NCBI GenBank assembly: GCA_024704765.1
Contig: JAKMXF010000310.1
Span: forward strand, 124,001 to 188,000
Direction of reading: 5' to 3'
From: Oopsacas minuta
Lineage: Eukaryota; Animalia; Porifera
DNA: 64,000 nucleotides
Shown here: positions 12,331 to 22,200 of the stretch, piece after piece
Numbering within the stretch: position 1 is the stretch's first letter
Layout of the letters: every line of letters begins with the position of its first letter
Program-made: the position numbers and the translations under genes
Notes under the pieces: generated by a model
What the model was told of the DNA's origin: nothing
Seen by the model: the letters and a program-made list of their open reading frames with translations, nothing else
Databases searched by the model: none

Positions 12331-12804
12331 CACTAATGTAGACTAATGCAGACTAATGTAGACTAATGTAGACTAATGCAGACTAATGCAGACTAATGTA
12401 GACTAATGTAGACTAATGTAATGTAGACTAATGTAATGTAGACTAATGTAATGTAGACTAATGTAGACTAATGTAGACTAATGCAGACTAATGCAGACTA
12501 ATGCAGACTAATGTAGACTAATGTAGACTAATGTAGACTAGACTAATGTAGACTAATGCAGACTAATGTAGACTAATGTAGACTAATGTAGACTAATGCA
12601 GACTAATGCAGACTAATGCAGACTAATGTAGACTAATGTAGACTAATGTAGACTAGACTAATGTAGACTAATGTAGACTAATGCAGACTAATGCAGACTA
12701 ATGTAGACTAATGTAGACTAATGTAATGTAGACTAATGTAGACTAATGCAGACTAATGTAGACTAATGCAGACTAGACTAATGTAGACTAATGCAGACTA
12801 ATGT
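12331..12804. repeat. Tandem array of (GACTAATGYA)n, built from the pentamers GACTA and ATGTA/ATGCA
   Basis: About 470 bp read directly. Occasional doubled GACTA or ATGTA units. An identical 65-bp block occurs at 12481-12545 and 12596-12660. Confidence 0.97.
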
Positions 12805-13716
12805 TAAAATTGAATTTGGAAATACAATGGAACCTCCTTGTAATAGATACATTGAGAGTAGTGCTGGGTTCACCTCAAGTTTATGAATTTCTTTTCAGTA
12901 TTATTGTATTTTTGCGTTGTCCAATACTGCACTGGATGCAAAATATGTACAGCTGACTGTTTTCATCCGGTATCTCGAATCCTCACGACTCATGGTAATT
13001 AAAATCTGTTCAAAATAACAGACTTTAGAGTAACTACTAAGCAGATTTTAGGAGGGAAATTGTTCGAATTATCATGCATTCGTGATAACATGTGTTAACG
13101 ATATAAATCTTGCCATTGGTTCTCAATAACTGTATGTTTGGGGTTCCGACCTGAAGTTAAGGTTGTCCGAGAATTGGAGATTACTTTTCTAATAGACATA
13201 TGAAACATTCCATCATTGCGAACGGTAGTCATAGTTTAGACTTTAGTAGTCCGTATTCGGAGGCTCTACGATAAGAAGATATATGTTCTCCTCATCTTTA
13301 AATACATGTACTACTAGAATTCTCTCAGACCAATATTAGTGTAATTCTTCCAAATTCCTACTAAGAACATCTTTATATATATATATATATCGAATTTCGT
13401 ATGCTGGTACGTATGCACCGGCACCCAGCTGAATTCTGTCCGGTCGATCCCATAGATGCCAGATTCCAACCTGGCGTCTCACCAATCCTTGATGAGGTGG
13501 GCATCTCGGTATCAAAATATACAGTAAGGAGCCAAAACCCGTAAGATTTACAGTTTTTTCGCGAGGATCACTGATAACCTGTCAGAGTATCTCTGCGATC
13601 CGTGTAAATAGCTATCATATCACCCATTTGTACTTGCATAACCCAACCTCACGAAATCCATAAACCATATCCGAGTCTCACTATAGTAGTGGTAATGTTA
13701 TTTATTATTTAGTCGT

Positions 13717-14466
13717 ATGGCTACTCGTATTAGCTCTGAATCTTTATCAATTTTCCAACAAGCAAGGAATGCTATTGACAAGGATATTAAAGATATAATT
13801 CAGTCTTTGAATAACAAGAAACTTGAATTGTTTGCAGAGATAAATACCTTAGAGAAAGAGTTTGCTGAACAAAAACAACAAAAACAAAAGAAGATAAACA
13901 AACTGCACGCACTGATAGCACAAACAGAGGAATTAGGAGAGAATAGCTTACTACATCTACAACAGAAAATAATCCATGACATACAACAAGAAATTGAAAA
14001 GCTAAATTTAGATTACAATAAAGGTCCAAGTTATAACCTCTGCGTAACTTGGGAAATCCCAAAAGAAAATATCATTCTTAATATTCGTAACAATTCAATG
14101 GAAATAACCGTACAGCAATATACTAATATAGTAGAACAAGAAATTAATGGAAGCATAGCCCATGACGGAAGTAAAAGAGCTAGATATATCCTTGTATTAG
14201 ATGTAAAGCCTTATGATAGTGAGACACATTTTACAGATCTCGACAGGATTGTGAGGGCTGTAGAGATGGAGGGATTAACATGGGGAAAATCTAAACAAAT
14301 CCCAATAGCTTACGGTATTAGTAAGTTACGAATATCAGCTGTTATTTACGAGGAGCTAGTATCAGCTGATCTTATTTGTGATATGATTGAGAGGGATGAA
14401 GATCACATACAGAGCACTGAAATACTATCATTACAAGAATGTAATGATAGTTTCCCTGACATGTAG
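13717..14466 (+). CDS. Chimeric protein: N-terminal coiled coil fused to an eEF1B (EF1-beta/delta) guanine-nucleotide-exchange domain
   Basis: The last 90 or so residues (LDVKPYDSET, GLTWG.SK.IPIAYGISKLRI, EDHIQSTEI) match the EF1_GNE pattern (LDVKPWDDET, GL.WG.SK..P..YGI.KL.I, EDHVQSTDI). The first 110 or so residues are heptad-rich. Intact single-exon 249-aa ORF. Confidence 0.85.
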   Translation: MATRISSESLSIFQQARNAIDKDIKDIIQSLNNKKLELFAEINTLEKEFAEQKQQKQKKINKLHALIAQTEELGENSLLHLQQKIIHDIQQEIEKLNLDYNKGPSYNLCVTWEIPKENIILNIRNNSMEITVQQYTNIVEQEINGSIAHDGSKRARYILVLDVKPYDSETHFTDLDRIVRAVEMEGLTWGKSKQIPIAYGISKLRISAVIYEELVSADLICDMIERDEDHIQSTEILSLQECNDSFPDM

Positions 14467-14537
14467 GGTGTATACTTTCCCACAGATTATTTATATGTAT
14501 GTATGTATGATGATTCAGTATTTCAATGCTATTAAGG

Positions 14538-14640
14538 CTGCGGTTCCCAACCCAGGGTCCACAGACAACAGCAGGGGATCCACAGAATGTGTTTATATTA
14601 GTTAAGGAGATCTACGGGTGAAAATGGTTGGGAACCGCTG
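14538..14640. mobile_element. Charlie/Buster-like hAT MITE
   Basis: TIR CTGCGGTTCCCAACC / GGTTGGGAACCGCTG. The interior resembles the reverse complement of the element at 22569-22641. The flanks do not give a clean TSD. Confidence 0.75.
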
Positions 14641-14960
14641 TACTAGGATATCAAACACAATCCTTTTAGGTCACATGTCTATTTCATCAGACATATCAAA
14701 GGATTCATTGGTATGGATGTGGATATATGGTTATACGTGGATAAACCTCTGATAGCTGCATAATCGAGACTTCAAGGCCATATACTTGTGCCGTGTTTCG
14801 GAGGTTATGAACCATTATTAGAGTAGGAAATTAATCGGTGGAGTAGGAGGGTGCCGTATAATGTTTGCATTTCAGGGTTGCCTATGCTCCAAATCTAACT
14901 GAATACTAACAAGGGTCTAATTTCCATTAGAGTGTTTAGTTGATGATTTGATATTTGCTT

Positions 14961-15599
14961 ATGGCATCATTTAAGAAACCTGGCCCGAAGGGCTCCAGAC
15001 CTCCCAGTGATTCATTTCGTAGGAAATGGGACTCTGACGAGTATCTACAGAAAGCTAGAGACAGATTGGCTCAGGAAGCGATGGAAGAGCAAGCACGGAA
15101 TGAAGTAAAGGTCAAGAGAGAATTACTAAAACACAGAGATTACAAAGTAGATCTGGAGTCTAGGTTGGGAAAGACGACAATAATCACAAAGAACACTCCC
15201 CAGTCACAAACAGGAGGATATTATTGTAATGTATGTGATTGTGTGGTTAAAGATTCCATAAACTTCTTAGACCATATTAATGGAAAGAAACACCAACGTA
15301 ATATGGGTATGTCTATGAAGATAGAGCAATCTAGTCTGGATCAAGTGAAGAAGAGATTCGAACAGAACAAACGCAAATTAGAGGAACGAGCACAAGAAGG
15401 ACAGTATAATCTAGAAGAACGTACTGCTGCTTTGAAGCGAGAAGAAGAGAGAGATAAGTTAAGGAAAAAGGAGTTTGAGAGAGACAAGAAGAGGAGAAGG
15501 TTAGAAGAGAGCGAGCAGTTGGTGGCTAATTCACAAGATGATGAGGTTGCAGCTATTATGGGATTTGGTGGGTTTGGTGGTAGCAAAAAGAACAGTTAA
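14961..15599 (+). CDS. ZMAT2: Zinc finger matrin-type 2 (Snu23 homolog)
   Basis: FRRKWD..EY, RELLKHRDYKVDLES.LGKT, GGYYCNVCDCVVKDSINFLDHINGKKHQRNMGMSM, MGFGGFGGSKK. Confidence 0.96.
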   Translation: MASFKKPGPKGSRPPSDSFRRKWDSDEYLQKARDRLAQEAMEEQARNEVKVKRELLKHRDYKVDLESRLGKTTIITKNTPQSQTGGYYCNVCDCVVKDSINFLDHINGKKHQRNMGMSMKIEQSSLDQVKKRFEQNKRKLEERAQEGQYNLEERTAALKREEERDKLRKKEFERDKKRRRLEESEQLVANSQDDEVAAIMGFGGFGGSKKNS

Positions 15600-15688
15600 T
15601 ACTATCTTTGTGTACAATTTAATTATTATTAAACATTATTAAATCTTCAATGATATGTATTCATGCAACATTGATATTAAGTTGTATA

Positions 15689-17020
15689 TTATACAGTGAA
15701 AATAGTTTGTTTATACGCAATACTTTTCCTGCAAATAGGACAGGTATTAACCAGCTTAGCACATGATATACAAGACACAGAGTGTCCACATGGACAGAAT
15801 ACTGTCTTGACTCTATTAGCATAACATATCTTGCAGTACTCTTGTTTAATTCTCTTCTCTCCTCCCTCTACACTGATTTTACTTATGTCTAGACCATTGA
15901 GTGTACTGTCTAGACTAGAGTCAGTTATTCCACTATTACTACGTTTAAGATCAGACATATCTAATTCCATGACGTCATCATTATCTTTACCATAACTTAA
16001 GGTAGAATCCTCCAGTTGTAATTGCGTCCCTTCATCCATCCTATGTAGTCTTGTCCAGTGATACGCATAGCTCTCCTCCTGTGTTCTAATCAGATTGAAT
16101 AAGAAATAGCTGCCTTTATTCAGGCCTATACGACTGGGTTTATAACGATGAAATAGAATTCCTTCTGGTACACTCCGTTGGCATACAAACACATGATGTT
16201 CTGTTAGGCACCTGAATATCTCACGAGTTAGTTTTCTGCTACAGAACCTAGTACACAGTGTCATATGATCTCCGTTTGTATCTTTCTTTTTCGATGTTAT
16301 TGTTAGTTTTTTCTCTGTGTATGATATTTCCATTATATCCTGTATTGACATCAAATTATGTATCACTGCAGTATTCCTATCAGATAACGTTATGCTACCA
16401 TTCCCTATTGTTAATATTATATCTCTATTATACTGTATATCAGCTGAGAATGTATACAGACCATAACCTCTAGCTTGAGAAACTATTTGTAAATACTGTC
16501 CCATTATTTCTTTATCACTCTTCCCTTCTAACTGTTTCAGCTGTTGATTGATATCCCAGCTGAGATTTTGGCTCCACACTTGCTCAGGGAAGAAACGAGT
16601 TATCACAGCACTTCTACCAGCTCTCACCTCGCCCGACAGCTTCTCTAGACGACACATCAATGCTCCTGCTTTAGCAATGTATTTCTCTTCTAATGTAATA
16701 TCTCCAATCCTAATCTTATCCTTCAATTCATGGTAATACATCCTCTTAGTTGTTGTCTGTTGTATTTTTGAAGGATCTACGAAACGCTTTACACATAGCA
16801 TTATTCGGGAATTTTTATTATGAATCTGGTCAAACAAAGGTCTTCTTAGAAACAACCAATAGCTGTTACCTTTCTTCAAACGTTTTAATCCAAAGAAGTC
16901 AGTTTCATAAACTCCTAATCTCTTACATACACTCTCAAGAAATTCTATTCCACTCACATCTCTTGTACATACTTCTTCTAACAAAACAGAATTAGGTAAG
17001 CGAACTTGAACAGTATTCAT
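15689..17020 (-). CDS. MYLIP: FERM + C-terminal RING E3 ligase, MYLIP/IDOL-like
   Basis: N-terminal FERM F1 (VC..LG..ETDFFGL, WL.LR.P) and C-terminal RING CKICY......VFCPCGH.VSC..CA..V..CPICR. Likely start is the ATG at 17020 (MNTVQV); the ORF is open to 17095. Confidence 0.8.
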   Translation of the reverse strand: MNTVQVRLPNSVLLEEVCTRDVSGIEFLESVCKRLGVYETDFFGLKRLKKGNSYWLFLRRPLFDQIHNKNSRIMLCVKRFVDPSKIQQTTTKRMYYHELKDKIRIGDITLEEKYIAKAGALMCRLEKLSGEVRAGRSAVITRFFPEQVWSQNLSWDINQQLKQLEGKSDKEIMGQYLQIVSQARGYGLYTFSADIQYNRDIILTIGNGSITLSDRNTAVIHNLMSIQDIMEISYTEKKLTITSKKKDTNGDHMTLCTRFCSRKLTREIFRCLTEHHVFVCQRSVPEGILFHRYKPSRIGLNKGSYFLFNLIRTQEESYAYHWTRLHRMDEGTQLQLEDSTLSYGKDNDDVMELDMSDLKRSNSGITDSSLDSTLNGLDISKISVEGGEKRIKQEYCKICYANRVKTVFCPCGHSVSCISCAKLVNTCPICRKSIAYKQTIFTV

Positions 17021-17122
17021 AATAATATGTGTTAGTTTGTTGTTATTTATATTTATACTTAATTTTATTAGTTCTGTCCAATCAAATTTATTCATTGAAT
17101 CTGTACAAAATTAGCTATAAAT

Positions 17123-18790
17123 ATGTCGAGATACTACTGGCCAAAATCCAAGAAGGCAGGTATTTCATCTGGAGCTTCTAAGAGTGCTAATAAGAGGTCT
17201 AAAGCAACAACAAGCGAATTTATTCTTACTTTCAATACATTATTATATGAGAAAATGATCGCTAAATTTCCACAAGCAGATATACGTTTACATATAGCTG
17301 TAATCTGTAAGGTCCCTGATATTGTATATTCTCACCTCTTCAATAAAGCAAATCCTAACCTGCCTCTTGAAGGCGGTATCACTCCCTTACATTGTCTCTT
17401 CTTAAATAGAATGCCTACTTATGAGTATTATTATCCATACATTAGTCGGTTTTCGTTAGATAAAAATACTAGGACAATTATAAACTCTCTATCTTCATAT
17501 GGTTCTCGTCTATTACCAGATGTGAATGGTATAACTCCTCTATCCTTAGCCTCGTGGAAACATTCTAAAGCGTTAGGTGGATATTTGCTGCATTCAGTTA
17601 ACTGCACTGTTATTGATATTCTACACAATGGATACTTCAGTCTACCCAAGAATGAACACGTAGGTAACTTTGATCTTGATTCCATCAAATCTGACATCTA
17701 TATGCATGATGCTAGACTTAAGACAGCATTGCTTCAACACGTGAAGCATGGTATAACTCCTCATAAGATTCCTATTGACATCACAAGAGAGTTCCTTACC
17801 TGTGTGAGTGATACTAATTTAACAGATTATTATGAGGTTTATTCTTCTCAGCTCAGTTCTTATCTTGCACTAGCTAGCACACCTGCACAACAGCTGTTCC
17901 CAGGTGTAAAGTACTTGTTTCAGAAGTTTGTATTAACTCCTATATCAGATTCAGCTAATTTTATTAACTACTTTCCTCTATTTAATACACTGATGAGTTG
18001 GTTGAATTCACATGTCAGTTTATCAACACTGGATGTGATTACCTGTTGGGAATATATAGTACTATCATTTGTAAATGAAGAAGTTAGAGAGGGTTTGTTA
18101 TTAGTAGCTCCAGGGATTGTATCCTACCTTCGCAAATTCCTTATACCCCTGATTGATAAGACATTACAGTATCCTAATTACACATTGTCTCTAGCTGTTG
18201 GTAAGATTATCTTGTTCTTAAAACTTCTATCAGATTGTGAACAAGTTGAAATATTATTACGTCATGAGATGCAGGAAATGTTTGATCTGTTCAATAGGAA
18301 ACATCTCATCCTATCTTCTCTACATAGTTACGCAACTACTGATCCTTCCACTAAATACAAGATCATCGATAGAATAGAGTTGTTAGATTTTGCAATGTCA
18401 TTTGCGTTTAATTTGAATGAATATGTATATGGAGCAAATGGTACTATACTACACCAAGCAGCTGATATTGGAGATAAAGAACTAATCCGGTATTATTTAA
18501 AAGCTGGAGTGTCACCAATGATAAAGAATATGTCAGGAAACACATGTCTATCAATCCTAACAGTAAAGAACTTTACAATGTACCAAGAAATATGTCAGGA
18601 GTTTAATCTTGGAAAACCTTATAATTTAATGTTACTGTGTGCTTATGTGTATATTCGTCATAGAATTCCATTAAAACACCTTCATAAGCATAATCTGTTG
18701 AGAGATTTCGTTATCAAGCTCTGTTCTCCTCAAATATGTAAGCAAATGTGTCTTCACTGCTATAAAGATTATTACAAGTATAACTACTAG
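17123..18790 (+). CDS. Divergent ankyrin-repeat protein with FEM1-like architecture
   Basis: N-terminal ankyrin-like motifs (GGITPLHCL, NGITPLSLA), a helical middle, a C-terminal ankyrin (NGTILHQAA..G..ELIRYYLKAG.SP.IKN..GNT.L), then a BC-box-like segment, NLMLLCAYV. Confidence 0.55.
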   Translation: MSRYYWPKSKKAGISSGASKSANKRSKATTSEFILTFNTLLYEKMIAKFPQADIRLHIAVICKVPDIVYSHLFNKANPNLPLEGGITPLHCLFLNRMPTYEYYYPYISRFSLDKNTRTIINSLSSYGSRLLPDVNGITPLSLASWKHSKALGGYLLHSVNCTVIDILHNGYFSLPKNEHVGNFDLDSIKSDIYMHDARLKTALLQHVKHGITPHKIPIDITREFLTCVSDTNLTDYYEVYSSQLSSYLALASTPAQQLFPGVKYLFQKFVLTPISDSANFINYFPLFNTLMSWLNSHVSLSTLDVITCWEYIVLSFVNEEVREGLLLVAPGIVSYLRKFLIPLIDKTLQYPNYTLSLAVGKIILFLKLLSDCEQVEILLRHEMQEMFDLFNRKHLILSSLHSYATTDPSTKYKIIDRIELLDFAMSFAFNLNEYVYGANGTILHQAADIGDKELIRYYLKAGVSPMIKNMSGNTCLSILTVKNFTMYQEICQEFNLGKPYNLMLLCAYVYIRHRIPLKHLHKHNLLRDFVIKLCSPQICKQMCLHCYKDYYKYNY

Positions 18791-19276
18791 TCCAACATAT
18801 ATATGTGTTCATATTTTATAATTTGGAATAAATATTATTATATTTTTATATTCTAAAATAAATACATTGAATAGTCTCGTAGACTGTGGTAGTCAGAAAA
18901 TCGGTCTTGTTCATGTATACTGTTAACTCCACTTTAGTTAGATGAAGTGGTCCGATAACTCAATGGTCCAATTAACATGATTCTCTCCTATCGTCATACG
19001 ACCATGTTCTAATATGAATGGTGGGATCTTGTCTAAGGATTTCGTCCACCGGACCCATCTAATAACTAAACACTTCCTTGATATAGGTCATAGTGCGAAT
19101 AACTCCACGTTATCCAAACCGTTACCAGGACGAAATTCCGTGTATGAGATTCATTATATAAAGATACAATCTCCAGACATAATCCGAACAGAGTTGCACA
19201 AATTAACAAATATACTTTTATTCGTGATTTAATTTATTACTTATATTCTGGAAATTTTTATACAGTTAATGTATTA

Positions 19277-22200
19277 ATGTCTGCGAAAGCTGTGAGAGAG
19301 GCAGACGCCAAGTCCCTATTGAACAGATTCGTACAACATCAGTTCTTGAAGAAATTAAACAAACATATATTTGATCCCAGATATACCAATGAGCTAACAG
19401 CCACATTCAATATTGAGAGTATTCTAATAAGAACTATCATCAATGGGAGTAAGTTGCTGTTATCATGTTGGTAGAACCGCATTAATATTTATAATGATGT
19501 GTTTCAGTACTGTTTATATCCAAATCAGTTTATTTCAACTAACCAATCCTCTCGGGGTCCCTAGATTATCTCAGGATTTACAAGAAATCCAGGTCTGGGA
19601 AATATTTGCAAATTCGTGTCTTTTTCTCATTTAATAGCCCGAAATTAGTAATTAAGCAATCATGGATGTAAAACTTTGAAGCTGGGGCGTAACTAGTGAT
19701 CTTGGAGAGAGGATGCAGGGATGTATAATTGCCTCAATTAGGTGGGGATTATGATAGAAAGATATGGGAAGCACTAAAACGCAATTGTCTCTCCTGCCTC
19801 AATGCTAGCTACGTCCCATATAAGGGATTGGCAAGTATGGTAGTTGATATATATTTGTTACTAAAATATTTGAATCTAATTCAATATTTCAAATTTCTTC
19901 ATAGAAGATTCTAAAGATTGGGAAAAGCTTCCAGAAACATATCCATGGTTACTGACAGACTGTTTAGTTATTAAACCTGATCAGCTGATTAAGAGGAGAG
20001 GCAAGCTAGGTCTAGTTAAGGTTAATACTAACTGGCAGGGAGTAAGAGAATGGGTGCTAGCTAATCAGGGAAGAGAAGTAAAGATTGGTAGATCTGTAGG
20101 GAAGTTACACACATTTGTAGTAGAGCGTTACATCCCCCATACACCAGATGAGGAGCTGTATCTGTGTATACATGCTACTAGGAATGGTAATGAAGTTCTA
20201 TTCAGCAATAAGGGAGGAGTAGATGTAGGAGATATTGATTCTCATGCACATAAAATACAGGTATTTATTGTATAGACGGGGCATTCGAGTTACTGGATGT
20301 TGACTGTATATATTTCTACCCAGGTAGACATAAGAGAAGATCCATCTGTAACTCAGATCTGTCAGCTGACCTCTACTACTCTCCCTGAGTACAGAGAGCT
20401 ACTGATTAACTTCATAAGAGTACTGTATGAAGCTTATAAAGAGTTACACTTCACTTATCTAGAGATAAATCCTCTTGTACTGTGTAGATCTAGTCTATTC
20501 ATTCTAGACATAGCAGCTAAGATAGACTCTACAGCTGAGTTCTTATGTAAACAGCACTGGGGAGAACTTGAATACCCGCCCCCATTTGGGAGGGACGCGT
20601 ACCCAGAGGAGGCATATATCGCGGAACTTGACGCTAAGAGCGGAGCATCTCTTAAATTAACAGTTTTGAATTCTAAAGGTCGTATTTGGACAATGGTAGC
20701 AGGCGGAGGAGCCTCTGTCGTGTACAGTGACACTATATGTGAGCTAGGCTATGCAGAGGAGCTAGCTAACTACGGGGAGTACTCAGGAGCTCCTTCTGAG
20801 TCTCAGACGTTTGAGTATGCTAAGACTATTCTCTCTCTAATGACACGGGAACATCATCATAAAGGAAAGGTAGGTAGACCTATTAGTTATGTAAATATAT
20901 TGCAAATAAACAACAGTCAACCTGGTCATATCGAAGCTGAAGGGATCGCAATAATTACTTCTATATAACCGATGATATTTATGTTACTTTGATTTTGATA
21001 CTTTGGTTTGGGCGCCAGTTCAGGACAACAATTTCGAACTTCGATATAATCGCGTATTTCGATATACCTGTTCATATATCCGTGTTTGATATAACGGAAG
21101 TTGAATGTATATTACGTATATTCTAATGTAGATACTGATTATCGGAGGTGGAATAGCAAACTTTACTAATGTAGCTGCTACATTTCGCGGAATAGTTAAG
21201 GCTATGAGTGAGTACAAACACAAATTGAAAGAAGTTAATGCTAGTGTGTTCGTAAGACGAGGAGGTCCTAACTACCAAGAAGGTTTGAGAGTTATGCAGG
21301 AGCTGGGAGGCACCCTGGAGGTTCCCATCCACGTGTTTGGCCCTGAGACTCACATGACAGCCATCGTGGGGTATGCTCTGGGTATTACTCCCATGCTCGA
21401 ACCGAGTTATGAGCTAACTCGTACTAACTCACTCCTGGGGATGAGTAGGAACTCATCAGGTGGTAGCATGAAGGAATTCTTGAATAATCATACTGATGGT
21501 GGTGGGGGTGAGGATGAATTCAGCGCCAAACGAGTTAGAATTGAATTCGGATCAGGTTAGAACATATACATACATACAGTAGAACTCGGATAAGACTTAC
21601 AGTCAGTTAATAAGTCAAACCAAACTTTAGTTCGCTTCTTTTTATTTCAATCCCAATTCGATAAGACACGCTTGTTTGCCGAAATTGTACTTACGGTATC
21701 CCTTATGCGAATTCCACTGTATTTGTAATTCAAATGTTTACGATTTTCTTGCACGTAGAATTCAGTACATTCATTCAGGATTTCGTATAATAGTTCATGA
21801 CGTAGGTAAAGTATTTACTACACTTATAAGCAGTAGCACGCATACTTGTTGCTCTGTATAAGGCTTATGGAGTTTTGAATGTTACTCTCTATTAATAGAT
21901 GAGTCTAATGGTACCGAATACACAAAGATGGATTCCCCTATCCGCCCACTATTCTCAAAGAGGACACAATCAATCGTGTGGGGTATGCAGCCCCGTGCTG
22001 TACAGGACATGTTAGATTATGATCACATGTGTTCTAGAAACACCCCCTCAGTAGCATCCATGGTATACCCTTTCACTAACAATCACAAACAGAAATTCTA
22101 CTGGGGTCACAAGGAGATATTAATTCCCTGCTACAAGGAGCTAGACACAGCTATGAAGAAACATCCAGAAGCAGATACACTGGTTAATTTCGCTTCTCTC

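Noticed and set aside
12331-12804. Tandem array as a CRISPR array or coding repeat
   Set aside because: There are no unique spacers and no cas genes, the context is eukaryotic, and the frames contain frequent stops.
13390-13680. GC-richer stretch that reads like decayed coding sequence on the minus strand
   Set aside because: It has four stops in about 95 codons and no recognisable motif; it cannot be assigned without a translated search.
21204-21928. ACLY split into two genes (ACLA/ACLB-like), as the ORF track suggests
   Set aside because: A GT-AG intron at 21556-21898 joins the halves in frame (GS-D-ESNG...MDSP), giving the single-chain form.
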